A DNA stretch of 64,000 bases. Source: Vicugna vicugna. Taxonomy: Eukaryota. The stretch is from NCBI GenBank assembly GCA_013265495.1, contig MU057651.1, forward strand, positions 1 through 64,000. Direction: 5' to 3'. The notes under the pieces are model-generated. The model searched no databases. It worked only from the letters and a program-made list of their open reading frames with translations, and was not told the origin of the DNA. How positions within the stretch are numbered: the stretch's first letter is position 1; each line of letters starts with the position of its first letter. A program made the position numbers and the translations under genes. Of the stretch, positions 1 through 13,707 are shown one piece after another.

Positions 1-337
1 CTGAGAAGGGTGTAGACTCTGAGCCCCAGAAACAGGAGCTGATAGGGAAGAACCAAGTGTGATTTGAGTCTGCTAGACAGGTTCCTGGAGCAGGAGTGAA
101 GAGCTCGGGCCCCATCATTGAGACACTTCAGGTAAGTCACTACCCTTTCCTCACCACCCAGGAGTATTGTGGAGTTTAAGTGCAGTGTCATATAGGAAAG
201 CAATCTGTGCTCATAGGTTGGGAGGGAAGGACCAGTGCACTTTCAAGCAATTACATTAACAAACACATCCCAGATATCATAGAAGTCTGCATGGCAAGCA
301 TGAAACTAATGCTAAGCAAATGTCAGCTGTTTAGATC

Positions 338-515
338 AATATTTCTCCAACTGTGGCCCTCAGATGACCTCATTAAGATCTGCAGGGGGTACTTGTTAAA
401 ATTCCAGATTCCCAGGCCCACCCTAGGTCTGCTGATTCAAAAACAGGGATGTGGAATGGGAGGTATCTACATTTTGAGTAATATCTCCACTTGTTTCTGG
501 TACTCCACAAAGTAT
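338..515. mobile_element. MER5-like hAT DNA transposon remnant
   Basis: cttgttaaaattccagattcccaggcccacc core. Confidence 0.55.
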
Positions 516-829
516 AAAAAGCTCTTCTGTGAATTTTCAACAACTGCTTCTTAAAATTTTGAGTCCTTTGATGTCTGATTTCCTTATCAGCTTCTCTTGC
601 CACTCAGCTGTAAATATCTGTGTCTTCTTGGTTGTGCCAAATAGGGCTGGTCTGATCCCCTTTGGCAGGTGAGGTCAGATGGAGTGTGGTGACTTACCCA
701 AAGTCACCTAGAGTTAGTGGGTTAGGTCTGCCACTGGGGCCAGGCACATGTCCTGTCTTGCACCCAGTTGCCTGTCTGCCTAACAAAGCACTAGCCTTTT
801 CTTAAATGAATGAAGTCACTTTATGTATA

Positions 830-1189
830 TATAAAGACTGATTTGAAGGAATTGACTCACACAGTTTTGGAGGCTGGAAAGTTCAAAATCTGCAGGCTGG
901 CCCAGCAGGCCGGAGACCCAGAGAAGAGCCAATGTAGCAGTTCAGGTCTGAAAACCATCTGCTGCCGAGTTCAGCCTTGCTCAGGGTGAATCTTTTGTTC
1001 TATTCAATCCTTCAACTGACTGGATGAGGCCCACTCACATTATGGAGGGCAATCTGATTTACTCAGAGTCACCAATTTAAATGTTATTTTCATGCAAAAA
1101 CACTCTGACAGAAACATCCACAATAATGTTTGAGCAAATATCTGGGTACTGTGGCCCAGCCAAGTCGACAGATAAAATTAACCATCACA
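830..1189 (-). mobile_element. MLT2-type (ERVL) LTR fragment
   Basis: gatgaggcccactcacattatggagggcaatctg ... aaattaaccatcaca terminus. Confidence 0.8.
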
Positions 1190-2252
1190 GATGCTAAGTA
1201 CCTTAAAATGAAATGGGGTGTTGATTTTCTTCTTCTTCCCCAACAGTTATTGGGAGATTAGAAGAAAAATTTCGGGAATCATACTCCATGTCACCTCAAA
1301 TGGACCTGTCAGGTGACTGAATGGATAGAACCACCCTCTTAGAGATAAAACAGATACAGAACCAAATCCGAAATGCACCACTCCGATAGAGCAAAGGACC
1401 AAAGAGAAAGCAAAACCTCTAGCTCAAGCCCATGAGAAGAAGCAAGACTGAAACCAACACTGTTTGCCTGGTCCTTTGCTCTCTGTGAGTGAGGTCTGTC
1501 AGGAGAAGGTAATAGGCTGTTAGTCCTGTGTAAGAGGGTGGGGGTGTGAGTTAAAGGTGCCACAGTTTCCCAAGCTACAACCTCTCCCACTCAGCTGCAT
1601 CATCTCCTGTTTTGATGCTGGATGCCATGATCCAGCGTCAGGCTTGGACTGACCTTGCTTGGAATAGAGTCTGAGTTCATACCCCATGGAGTGGGCACTA
1701 ACATCCATCTTGCTTCCTGTGGGCACTTCCAGTTATGCAGGTCTGGAGGTGAAGAGAGGGGAGGTTGGGATGCAGATAAGGAATTGGACTGACAGTGCCT
1801 GGCACACAGTACATACACAAGACACATGAATAAGTTAAGGAGAAGCTGGATGGAAACCACACAGATGTCCTTTTAGTCTTTTTATACACATCTGAATTTT
1901 TCAAGGAAAGTTAAGACCTTTGAGGAAACTTTTTGCTTCTGTTCATAAAAATGATGTCTTTTTGGGGCGGGGGGGTGGGTAGCGGTGCGGGCAGAAAGAA
2001 AAATCTGTAGAAAATGGAGAGCGTTGCCACCTGGTGACCATTGTCAGAACTGCAGGTGTGAAAGTGAACTGGGGCCTTGGCAAAGCGTGGAGGATAGAAA
2101 GGGCTGTGGTGTTGGTGGGGAGCAAGGTAGCTGAATGGATTCCAGCTATGGGCCAAGATGTCTAGACTTCACACACTGGCAGTAATCCTTCTGAATTCGT
2201 GCAGAATCTTCAAGTCCTGGGACTGGAAATCCAGCCCCTAAGTGAACTCAGT

Positions 2253-2285
2253 ACACACACACACACACACACACAGAGAGAGAGA
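2253..2285. repeat. (CA)n(GA)n microsatellite
   Basis: Seen directly. Confidence 0.9.
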
Positions 2286-3348
2286 AAACTGTTAAATGTT
2301 CTCATCTGCTTCCAAGCCAATGAATACAAGAGTATCATATTTGTAATCAGTTTGCATTTTTTTGTTTTCAACTTTTTATTTTGTGTTTCTAGATTAAAAA
2401 CCTAAAGCAATACAAAGTTATAAAATAAAAATATCCTCTATCTATCTCCAACAGTGCACACTCAGTGAATTATTCTCAAAGAAATCTGTTTAGTGTACCA
2501 TTTTCATACTACAGAATATGAAAATGTTTCTAAGTCAATAAATGTATTGCTACACTAGTATCTTGTGACTAGGCTACTGATATACTTGTTTTATAAGACT
2601 TTATCTCAATAATTTGTTAGGTCACCAGTTAATACTTTTCTTTGTTTAACACATATTAGTATTTCTTCTTCCTATTGGGCTCTGCTATTGTTGAAGGGTG
2701 TGAGAGCTCCCCTTCTCTGGTATCTTAGCTGTATTTTGATAGAGGTTCCTGTTTATTAATGTTTTTACAGAAGCAACAATCAGACTGGCATTTAATCTTT
2801 CAACAGAAATAACTTTATTTTGAAGAGAATGAGTTCATGTCTTCCAGTTGCAGAAGGAAAATAACTGCAAAACTAGAATTCTATACATAGAAAGAAGTAT
2901 CAAAAATGGAAGACAGTTATTTTAACATAATAAACATGGCAGATTTGTCCCTAAAATTCTCAAAGAAGATACTAAAGTTTCTTCCTCAGGCAGAAGAAAT
3001 ATGACCCCAAGTGGAAAGACAGACGCAGAAAAGAAAGAACAATGACATTGCCAAATATGTAGGCAAATTTAGGTGAGTATTGACTATATAATACAGTGAC
3101 AATAATTTCGTCTGGGGATTCACATGTATATAGAATTAAAATGCATGACAGTAATTTAGGAAAGGTTAAATGGAATCAAGGTGTTCTTACAGTCCCTGTG
3201 TTTTCTGATGTTTAAATAAAGTAATTTATAGTTAACAGTTTATATTGTAATCTCTAGGGTAAACACTACAAGAATGACAACGACAAAAGAATGTCTCACT
3301 AACTTGCCAAATAAGGTAAAAATCAAATAGTTAAAAACTGATTATTTT

Positions 3349-3473
3349 GGGGGGTATAGCTCAAGTGTTAGAGCACATGCTTAGCATGCATGAAGTCATG
3401 TGTTCAATCCCCAGCACCTCCTCTAAAAATAAATAAATAAATAAATCTAATTACCACCCCAAAGAAGCTTTTA
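3349..3473 (+). mobile_element. tRNA-derived SINE (camelid vic-1-like)
   Basis: A box tagctcaagtgttagagc, B box gttcaatccc, (AAAT)n tail. 16-bp TSD aaaaa(c/t)tgattatttt at 3333-3348 and 3474-3489. Confidence 0.85.
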
Positions 3474-3904
3474 AAAAATTGATTATTTTAAAAGGAAGAA
3501 AAGGAAATTAGAGCAGGTAAAAATAAATGTCAAGCAAGTATCATGATGGCATCTTTAAACCAAATTATATCTGTAATTTGATTACATATAGGCAGGCTAA
3601 ATATTTCAAATCAAAAGACAAACATTAATTATCAGACTAGATAAAAAACATTACATCAAATACACCTTAAAAGAAACACATCTAAATTTTAATGCGTTAG
3701 AAAATTCAAAAAAAATGACAATTTAATTATTAACCAACTGAAATCTATTATACTCATATTAATAAAAGTATACTTTAAAACAAATATATTACTGGAAATA
3801 AGAGGGAGATTTTATGATGAAAGTTCAGTTTATCAAGAAGGTATTAATAAAACAATTCTAAATTTATTTGCACCCCTTAATATAGAACCAATATATACCA
3901 AGCT

Positions 3905-4693
3905 GTGATATTTTGATATATAGTAAGAAATATATTTTGTCATTGTCCCTCCTAGCATGAAGCTCCTAAAACTCTTGGAATTTTCCATGATGAGAATGAT
4001 AAATGTATCTTTTGTTATTTTAGTAAGGTGACTTTTGGAAAACACCTAAGGTGGGAGCTGGTTGCCAGGAGAACCAACCAGTGATTAAAGGGTTGGAACT
4101 TTCAGTCCCACCCCCTTGATGTTCAGGTAAGGGCAAGGGGCTAGAGATTGAGTTAAGTTGCTAATGACCAATGATTTAATCAACCACAACCATGAAATGA
4201 AGCCTTCATAAAAACCCAAAATGACTGGACTCGAAGTTTCCAGGTTCATGAACCAGACACATCTATGTGCTGCCATGTCGTGCCCTAAACTCCATGGGAA
4301 CAGAAGCCTCTGTGTTCGAGACCTTGCCCTATGTATCTCTTCATCTGGCTGTTGATTCATAGTCTTTAATATCCTTTGTAATAATCCAGTAATCCAGTGA
4401 GTAAATGGGATTCCTGAGTTCTGTGAGCCACTCTAGCAAATTAATCAAACCCAAGGAGGGAGCTGTGGGAACCTCTGATTTATCACCAGTCAGAAGCACA
4501 GGTATCAACCTGAAATTTCAATTGATAAATGGAGGGCAGTCTTGTGGAACTGAGCCTTTAACCTGTGGAATCTGCTGCTGTCTTTGGGTAGATAGTGTCA
4601 GAATTGAGTTAAATTATAGGACACCCAGCTGGTGTAGGAGAATTGCTTGGATATGTTGGTGGGGGGGTAAGCCACAGATTGGAATTGGTTGCA
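3905..4693 (+). mobile_element. MER21-like LTR nested in L1
   Basis: TG...CA ends. Motifs gtgattaaagggttggaactttcag and gtgtcagaattgagttaaattataggacacccagct. Confidence 0.72.
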
Positions 4694-7199
4694 AAATATT
4701 AAAAGCCAAATCTGGCAGAAGTAAGTGGAGAAATGGACAAATCCACCATCACAATGGGAAATTTTAACACACCTCACTGAGTAATGGATAGGACAGGCAG
4801 ACAAAAAAAATCAATTAGATGATTTACTTAATTTACATAATTGACATGGAACAAAGCACGTAACAACTATACATGGAACTTTTCATAATAAGTCATAACC
4901 TGGGCCATAAAAGAAGCCTTGTGAAACTTCCATGAGTGTAATACAATCTACCTGGAATGGTTGATGTGAAGATTCAAGGTTAATGTTGTACTCTGCCCCT
5001 CTTCCACTTTCACATAAATCCCAAGAATGTTAATTTTCAACCCACCCACCCCCATCCATGTGACTCTCTCCATGCCCCAAACCCTGGATGTGAGAGGAGT
5101 GTATGACTCAGGCCTTTCCCCTCAACTAGGTGCCTCAAAATATGCCTGAGATTTGCTTTAATAAGGTATGGTAAGATGACAGGTTTGGAGATAACTTCCT
5201 TCAAAGAAGAGTTTATTGCGTGGAGTTCCCAAGAGCAGGAGGCATGCCACAACATGCAAGGCCACGTGAAGAAGCACCTGGGTTGGTCAGGAGGCAGATG
5301 GAGTGAGGAAAAAGCATGGGTCAAAGTCTTTATTCTGGTTTCATGGGAAGGAATGGGAGAGGCACAATATACTGAGTAATCCTCGAATTAAATAGTTTGA
5401 ATAATTTTCATGGGCTCTGGTCCAGAAGGGTGGTCCTGTATATATAAATTATATACACAGCAAACTACAGTAATGGATGTCTCCAGGCCTGTGGCAAAAT
5501 ATAAAAGTTATGTATGTATTTCCGTGTTGTTTGAACTTGCCTCACAACCAGGATGTACTACTTATTTAATTATAATAAAATAACATCTAAAAACAGGAGG
5601 TGGGAATCTGGTCTTAAATTTATTCGCAAAATTTTTGTTGTACAGGGAGATTTACTTTTATGAAAATATGCCCATAACTAATCATGAAGTGGGGTGGGGC
5701 AAATTAGAAACTATCACATCATCCCAAATTTTACTGATCAGACAGGGACTGTCTTTCATGAGGCTCAGAGACTGCTCAGGTCATAGTAGTGGAAGCACAG
5801 GGTCTTGTGCCACATTTCACATCTAGAACGGTCCATCTGATGTGTTTAAGGGAACCCCCGGTCCTCCCTCATGCCCCCTTAATCAGCTGTCAACAGTAAG
5901 GTTCAATCTTCAATTCCAATTCTCATCACCAGGTGGTGTAGACCTCTACTTTCTAAATTTTCTCTAAGCATGTAATACTTTTTTAGCAAGGAAAGAAAAT
6001 CAAAGCAATAAACATTTTTGTTTTTTTAAATAGACTTTATTTTGTAGAGCAGTTTTAGGTTCAAGGCAAAATTGAGCAAAAAGTACAGAGAGTTTGGTAT
6101 ACCCCTTGCTCCCACACACAATCTCCTCCAGCTATCAATATTCTGCCTCAGAGTGCAACATTTGTTGCAATCCATAAACCTATTTTGACACATCCACTAT
6201 CACCCAAAGTCCATATTTTGTATTGTGAAAGTAAGAAACATGTAAAAAATACTTTTTGCAATGCAAGTTCTGGAACTGGAATTATTAAATGAGCCTCTAT
6301 CTCATATTCAATTAGAAAAAGGTTGGAGAGATGCATGATCACTGTTCCAAAATTAGTATTTCATTCATCCTTTCACTATATATTTATGAGCAACCTCTAT
6401 ATGCCCGGCTCTTGGCAACCTGCATTCATCCTCCTACTTCACAGCTCTCTTTTCAGCCCTAAACTTGTCCATACAATGGCCTACTTAGTGGACCTGTTTC
6501 TTACAACTGCATGATCCTAGCAGGGTTTTCATATCAAATAAGTTTACACAAACTCGACTGTGAGCCCTGGAAAGCGACTGCAGGCGAGTCAGTGTGCTAG
6601 TATAGAGTGAGAAAAATCATGGTTAAAATCCCTGTAATGCTTCTTACCAAGCTATGTCGCCTTGAAAAGTGTACCTCTCCTCTCTGAACTTAGTAGACCT
6701 CACCTTTGCCAAGGACATAGGACTTGCAAAATTATCCAGCTGATTGCCTTCTCTGGCTATGACTCCCTTTGTTTCAGGAGCCGTTTTGTAAAAGAGACAC
6801 CAAATTTGCTTTGAATGACATGTGTTAACAATCACACAGCATGCTTAGACCAATCCACTTGGTATGCTGCATGAGGTTCTTGGAGGTGAAAATACCTTGT
6901 ATCATGTCTCTACAATTTTTAAGCATCTTCCTGATGGATGAAGCAGAGATCTGATTTAGTAGCACTTGACTGACATCACAATTGAACAAGGTTTGCACAT
7001 TCGTTCTTATTGGGGTATCTCCTCACCTACATACACTGGCCCAGCACTCAGGCACCATAATATGGCATGCTGCTGCAAAAGAAGCTGCATTTGTACCTGT
7101 TCTAAAACTCCAAGAACAGCATTGTGTCTCCTTTTAGTAATTATTAGCATCAGCCAAAATGTAAATTCTTGGGATTCCTGTCCAGCATGTAAGGAGCTT

Positions 7200-7905
7200 A
7201 GAAATTGTCAGTTCAGTCCTCATGACAAGAAAAGAGCTGAACAAACTGAAAAGCAACAACTCCTCTTAGACTGATTAGACACTTGAGGTCACAGGGCAAA
7301 CTACTACCCCCCAAAATTTAGAGAGACAGGCAGACAGGCAAATATAGAGGATCAGAGCTCACTAGAGCAGAACCCAGGAGCAAAACCCACTGCTACAGCT
7401 AGTACTGAGGTAGGAAAACATAAACTGTTATTGACAAATTACTGGAAGCTCAGTGTGGGCACATTTGAGAATGAAAAACTCCAGGAGTTCCCAATCTTAG
7501 GAAAAGCCCCTGAACTTTCATGAGTTTTAACTCCAGGATCCCCACCAGGTTATCACAGTCAATTCAGGGAACTTGTTGCCAGTATACCTGCCTTGCAAGA
7601 AGTGTTTAAAAAGTTCTTCAGAGATAAAGAAAATGATATAGGTCAGAAACTTAGATGTACATAAAGAAAGAAAGCACATTAGAGAAGGAATAAATGGAAG
7701 TAAAATAAGTCTATTATTTTCTTTCTCTTAATTAAGCTAACGGATAATAGTTTAAACTATTAATAGCAACAATGTATAGTATTTGGTGATTATAGCTTAT
7801 TGGTCAGTTGAATGGATGACAGAAATGGTATAAGGAATGGAAGAGAGAATTTGGGAATACTCTATTACAAAATCATTTGGACTACTCCTTAAGTGATATT
7901 GTGTT
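7200..7905 (+). mobile_element. L1M fragments (5' region and ORF1 end)
   Basis: ttgccagtatacctgccttgcaagaagtg and related L1M text. Confidence 0.55.
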
Positions 7906-7911
7906 ATATGA

Positions 7912-7914
<3 letters not shown>

Positions 7915-7944
<30 letters not shown>

Positions 7945-7957
7945 TGTATGTATGTAT
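7915..7957. repeat. (TATG)n microsatellite
   Basis: Seen directly. Confidence 0.92.
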
Positions 7958-8118
7958 AATGAGTTTCCAGGCATTATGTGCCTAAGCATGAAATGTCTGA
8001 GTCTTAGGATATGAATAAGCTCTACTTGAAATTATAAAGTTGTTCCTCCAAAGTGTTTGCACCTTTTTAAACTGTCACCAGCAGTGGGTAGGAATTCTCA
8101 TTTATATATCATGCTCTT

Positions 8119-8147
8119 AACAACAACAACAACAACAACAACAACAA
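8119..8147. repeat. (AAC)n microsatellite
   Basis: Seen directly. Confidence 0.9.
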
Positions 8148-8739
8148 AAACCAAAAAAAAAAACCACAGACGAGAATTTTGATATTTAGAGAATTTAAAA
8201 TAAGTCTTCCTAGCTGATGACTCTGAAATATTGCTTTCTGTTGTTTTCATCTCCATTTCCCTAATTATGGATACAATTAATCACCTTTTCTGATGTTTAT
8301 TGCTCTTTCTGCATTAAAGACATTAAGCTTTCACTGGTTAATGGCCTCATTCTTTTGTCATGCTCTTCTTGAGAAAATACTATGTGCCAGTCAATGCTAG
8401 CCAAAATTGTCAGAGAAGGAGATGGGCTTTGAGCTCAATCATACAGGGGGAATAGGATTGTGAGCTGAAGTGAAACACACATACGGACATTCCTGGCTAT
8501 GCAAAGGGAATGGAAGTGTAAACGTACCCAGTGTGCTTGGTGTACACAGCCAGGAGACAGTCTGATATGGCTGAAGTGCAGCTTACAAGGAGAGATGGGG
8601 CGGTTGATAAGGAACTATGGCTCACTTTGCATCATCCAAAAAACTACTAAGTGGCCATCTTTAGCTTTTATGAAAGAAATGTCTGTGCTAAGCTGACTTA
8701 GGCAGAGAAGTTGCTCTGGTTCATGCAGGGGCAAGGGGT

Positions 8740-9372
8740 ATTATAAATAAAAAGCCGCCATCCCCAGCAGCAAGCAGCGCCATGGTCCCTGGCAGCTGCA
8801 CACTTCCGGAGCCCACTGCCCGCCCCAGAAGCGCACTATTGAAAGAATACAAAAATTTGTATACGCCTCCCTGGATGCTGAGGTGTGAGGAGCCCTCCCT
8901 GGACAGACAGGCAGGTGGTCTCAGGGCCCCTGCGTCACCCCCGTCTTGCCACCCCACTTCCTTTCTGCCTCTGGCCCCGGGACCAGGAACGTCACGGAGA
9001 CGCTGCCGGCCCAGCCTTGGGGGCAGCAGTGCCGGCAGCTGGTCCCGCTGCAGGCACGGCGGGCCCTGGGCCCCAGCACTCGCTCCCGTCCGTCCTCGGT
9101 GCCGGCCCCGGTCTCCATCCGCAGACGGTGGCTCCTACCCTCTGCTCCCTTCGGGGTCAGGGAGGCGCCATCCCACAGGAACCCTGGGGCCTCCTGTGTG
9201 GTCTGCGCCCGGCAGGTGTCTCCCAGCGTGTGGCTCACGGAGCCAGCCCACCCCCTCTGTCCCCGGGGCGCACCGTCTTCCACGTGCCCTGTCCCTCCTT
9301 GTCCTCCCTCGCGTCCCGCCTTGCCCCCTTCTCAGGAAAGCGCTGATAAACTCGTTCACTCTCAAAAAAAAA
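8740..9372 (+). pseudogene. CpG-rich insert ending in an A-tail; probable retroposed mRNA 3'UTR fragment of unknown source
   Basis: Abrupt GC/CpG-rich island in AT-rich, L2-like flanks. GATAAA 9345-9350 then A9 at 9364-9372. No convincing TSD. Confidence 0.45.
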
Positions 9373-11814
9373 TTGTCCTCGGATAGAGGACGTATCAGAT
9401 ATTAAACCGAAATTTAGCAATCCAGCAACTTCAGTTTGCAGAGAGAGTAATGAGACCCCAAAAGAGTAAGGTACATGGCCACCATGCATGTATTAGACAC
9501 CTAATGGGATCAAGGTATGCAAGCTCCAATCCACATTTCATCCCAGACTTCGTACATGAGCTCCAGTCTTGTGTATCCATCAGAAATCTTGAACTGAAAG
9601 AAGATAAATATTAGTACAAATCCCCTGTTAACTTGTACCACTCAGCACAGAATTTTTCTACCCAGAAGCATAAATTCATCCATTCCTCATCCTTGGAAGG
9701 CCACCATCTAAAAGAGAAGTCCAAGTGGGAAAGTGGTGAGACAATGGTCACTGGAGTCAGACAAACCTTGGTGAGAAGATCTCAGCTTTTTACTAACTGT
9801 GTTAATTTGTTATGGTAGAACTGGCTGCCTGATGGAGTCCTGGAGAAAGACTGTCATATCATTTCCATTTGATTGAATGATCTCCAGTCGAGTCTAGGAT
9901 AGGGGAAGAAAGTCTCCCCCTACCTACCCCTCTATTTCACAAGCTCTCCAGTTGTCTCATTTTTACTTATAGATTAACATCAGAAAAGTTTGTGAACTTT
10001 GATCTTGAGGTACAGTGTGATATTGACTTGGCTAAATAGAACACTGAAATGAGAGTCAGGGGTTTCCATTATAAAGGCACTTTGGAGAGGTCACTCCCTT
10101 CCACTAGCCTCATTCACTAAACAAGATAAAAGTATTGAGTTGTCTCAGCCACTCAGGAATGTTTACCCTCAGACTACCACGACAAAATCATCATCATCCT
10201 CTGGGTACAAAATACCCATTTGATGTTTTGTATGTTAAGTCACTTAATGAATAATTTACAGAAATAAAAATAAAGGGATAACAAAGGGCAAGTAAAGCAG
10301 AAAATTTAACAGGAATTTAAACATATCAAACCCAAATTTTATTCCTCACTTTCCTGGCTTTGACGATATGCATACACAAAATAGACATCATCTTTCGAAT
10401 GTAACTTACTCCTCATCAACTCTCATGCCTGAATCTGGAATACATCCATCTTGTAGATACTGATTCTTCACTTCTTCCTCATTTATGTTCCCTGTAAGTT
10501 CTATCTTATTATTACTTTTTTTGTTCATCTTTTACTTATATCTTCAAAACAAAACTTTTCAAAACTTTGACAGCTCATAATTTCGTTGAAAGAAGGACAG
10601 CCATCTCCTTTGCTCCATAATTGCAAAACATTTTCATTTTTAGATTAATGAACACCAATTAGAATGACCAGTCCTGTAACTTTTTTCACTTATACATGAC
10701 CTATTTCCTTCTAATTACCTGATTTCAGTATTTGTCCACTTAGAAACTTACTGAAAATATTGGGCATATATTAAATATAAAATATAAAAGATGACAGAAA
10801 ATTGTCCAATATCCTTTGAGCAAAATAGGATGTTTCTAGTTCTTGTCACAACATATTGTATGACAAGTGTCAAACTGATTGAGAATACCATTTATCATTT
10901 TGGTCCTTTGAAGTACATTGCTCACCAGTTGCTTTTTAAGTTTGAGAAAATTCCTCTAAGATACTGTCATTTGAAGAGTCATAGTTCTGAGATATCAATT
11001 TCACTAACAATGATGGCATGTAGAGTGTTGCTTTCACTGTACTTTCATCTCCTGACCTGTCTAATAATTATAAAATGAATTCCTCTCTCAATTTCCTTCT
11101 GTATGGGAAGAATAGGGAGAAAACTCACCTGTGTTCGGTGAAAGCTGGATTAAATAAATGCAAAGATGGACTCGATTTCTTTTATACCTTCTTGGAAGAT
11201 AGTGTAATACTCTGGAGAATGCAGTAGAAAAAACTAAATGGTCATGTGATATTGATTACTTGTTTTGGTATTGCCTCATTCTTAATGAAAGCTAATCCAT
11301 CATTCTTGCACTTTCTTTTTTTTTTTTTTTAGTATTTTAGTATAGCTGGGGATAATTAGTTAATAATAAAGTAACCCTTAGGATGATGAATAGCAAAATG
11401 TCTTAAGATATAGAAAAAATAAGATCAATAAGATCCTGTGCATTAATTTTACAAAAAAGCTCAATTGTCCCATGTCATGTGTGAAAGATAGAATGGGGTT
11501 TATTCTATTTAAAAATAAGAGAGAAATTTCTCCTTGTTCTTTGGAAGATTTCTAAGAAAGAATAGAAACCATAAAATAACAGTCCTTAAAAATACTTAGA
11601 AATACTCAAAGAAAAGCTCAAAAACAAAAATTGGTCCCAGTGAAGCCTGATAGTTTACCAAGAGTTAAATGAGATCCCATCTGGGAAAAACAATCTGAGG
11701 CCTAAGATGAACACTCTGCTTCCCATAATTATGCCAGCAGTCAAACTGAAGCTATTATAGAAATCTGCATGATAGATGGTATAGAAACAATTTCCCCTAG
11801 GAAAACAGCATTTT

Positions 11815-12995
11815 TAATGAAGTATAGTTGATTTACAATATTGTGTTAGTTTCAGATGTACAGCAAAGTGATTTGGTTATACATATGTATATATATGTAT
11901 ATTCTTTTTTTCAATGCTTTTCCATTATAGGTTATTACAAGATATTGAATGTGTTTCCCTGTGCTATACAGTAAATCCTTGTTGTTTATCTATTTTATGT
12001 ATGGTAGTGTGTATCTGTTGATCCCATATTCCTAATTTATCCCTCCCCCACTTTCCCCTTTGGTGACCATAAGTTTGTTTTCTATGTCTCTGGGTCTGTT
12101 TCTGTTTTGTAAATCAGTTCATTTGTACTATTTTTTTAGATTCCACATAGAAGTGGTATCATATAATATTTATTTTTCTGTCTGACTTCATTTACTATAA
12201 TAATCTCTAGGTCCATCCATGTTGCTAAAAATGGCATTATTTCATTCTTTTGTATGGTTGAGTAGTATTCCATTATATATATATACCACATCTTTATCCA
12301 ATCAACTGCTGATGGACACTGAGGTTGCTTCCATGTCTTGGCTATTGTAAATAGCGCTGTTATGAATATTGGGGTACATGCATATTTTCGAATTAGAGTT
12401 CTTATCTTTTCCAGATATATGCCCAGGAGTGGGATTGCTGGATCATATGGTAATTCTATTTTTAATGTTTAAAGGAACCTCCATACTATTCTCCATAGTG
12501 GCTGCACCAATTTACATCCCCACCAACAGTGTAGGAGGGTTCCCTTTTCTCCACACCCTCTCCAGCAGTTATTATTTGTAGACTTTTTGATGATGGCCAT
12601 TGTGACTGGTGTGAGGTGATACCTCATCGTAGTTTTGATTCGCATTTCTCTTTAGTAATGTTGAACATCTTTTCATGTGCCTGTTGGCCATCTGTATGTC
12701 TTCTTTGGAGAAATGTCTATTTAGATTTTCTGCCCATTTTCTGATTGGGTTGTTTGTTTTATACTGAGCTGCATGAGCTGGTTTTTTATTTTGGAAATTA
12801 AGCCCTTGTCAGTCACATCATTTGTAAATATTCTCTTTCAGTCTGTAGGTTGTCTTTTCATTTTGTTTGTGGTTTCCTTTGCTGTGCAAAAGCTTATACA
12901 TTTGATTAGATTCCATTTGTTTACTCTTGCTTTTACTTATTTTGCCTTGGGAGACTTACCTAAGAAAATATCGTTATGATTTATGTCAGAGAATG
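11815..12995 (-). mobile_element. 5'-truncated LINE-1 3' end
   Basis: L1 ORF2 C-terminus/3'UTR sequence with a perfect 16-bp TSD aggaaaacagcatttt (11799-11814; 12996-13011). Confidence 0.92.
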
Positions 12996-13039
12996 AGGAA
13001 AACAGCATTTTAAAAGAATATACATTGATCTAAGCATGA

Positions 13040-13206
13040 GGCACAGGTAGCTTTTATTACAATCATCCAGGGTCTTAAAACTGCAACTTCTGAGATCTTA
13101 CCCCAGATCTGCTGAATCCTTTCTCTGGGATTTGAGGCTCAGGAATCTGTATTTTGAACAATTCCCCTGGTAGCTTCTGATGTTTACTATAGTTTGAGAA
13201 GTGCTG
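13040..13206. mobile_element. MER5A DNA transposon
   Basis: ctcaggaatctgtattttgaacaattcccctggtagcttctgatg...agtttgagaa. Similar copies at ~41750-41920 and ~56110-56260. Confidence 0.7.
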
Positions 13207-13299
13207 AAAAGATAATGTCCAAGATTTCTTTAAATATTTGATTACTGTGATCTCTGATTCCAATATCAGTTGGTTTCGCCACTTAACTTGAATTATCTG

Positions 13300-13664
13300 T
13301 TTTTGTTTGCTGAATGCTTGCACTTTGCTTGGCAGGTTGGCTGCAAGGCAACAAGATAGGAAAGGCCTCTCCCCTTATAGGGCTTACATTCTCTTTTGGA
13401 TACACATAAAATAAAAGCAACCAATGTAATTTCAGTGAGTGAAGAATGCCATGAAGAAAATAAAAGAGAGAAATGGGATCAAAAATAACATTTGCAGAGA
13501 GGGCAGTCAAGGATGTCCAGGGCCAACTAGTTTTATAACTTCAAAGACCATTACTTAGACTACAGCATGCATGATGACCCCTGGAGCTGTGCCATGCTTT
13601 ATCACTAGAGAAGGCCATGCTATGGACATGACTTTTCAGCTGAGACCTGGATGATGAGAATGAG

Positions 13665-13707
<43 letters not shown>

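Larger units (their letters stand above)
2830..4930 (+). mobile_element. Old L1M ORF1-end/ORF2-start remnant, interrupted by a SINE and an LTR
   Basis: A-rich L1-like text including endonuclease-region remnants (gggaaattttaacacacctcact). Confidence 0.6.

Noticed and set aside
8782..9489. 207-aa and other ORFs in the GC-rich insert
   Set aside because: Low-complexity translations in several frames with no recognisable family.
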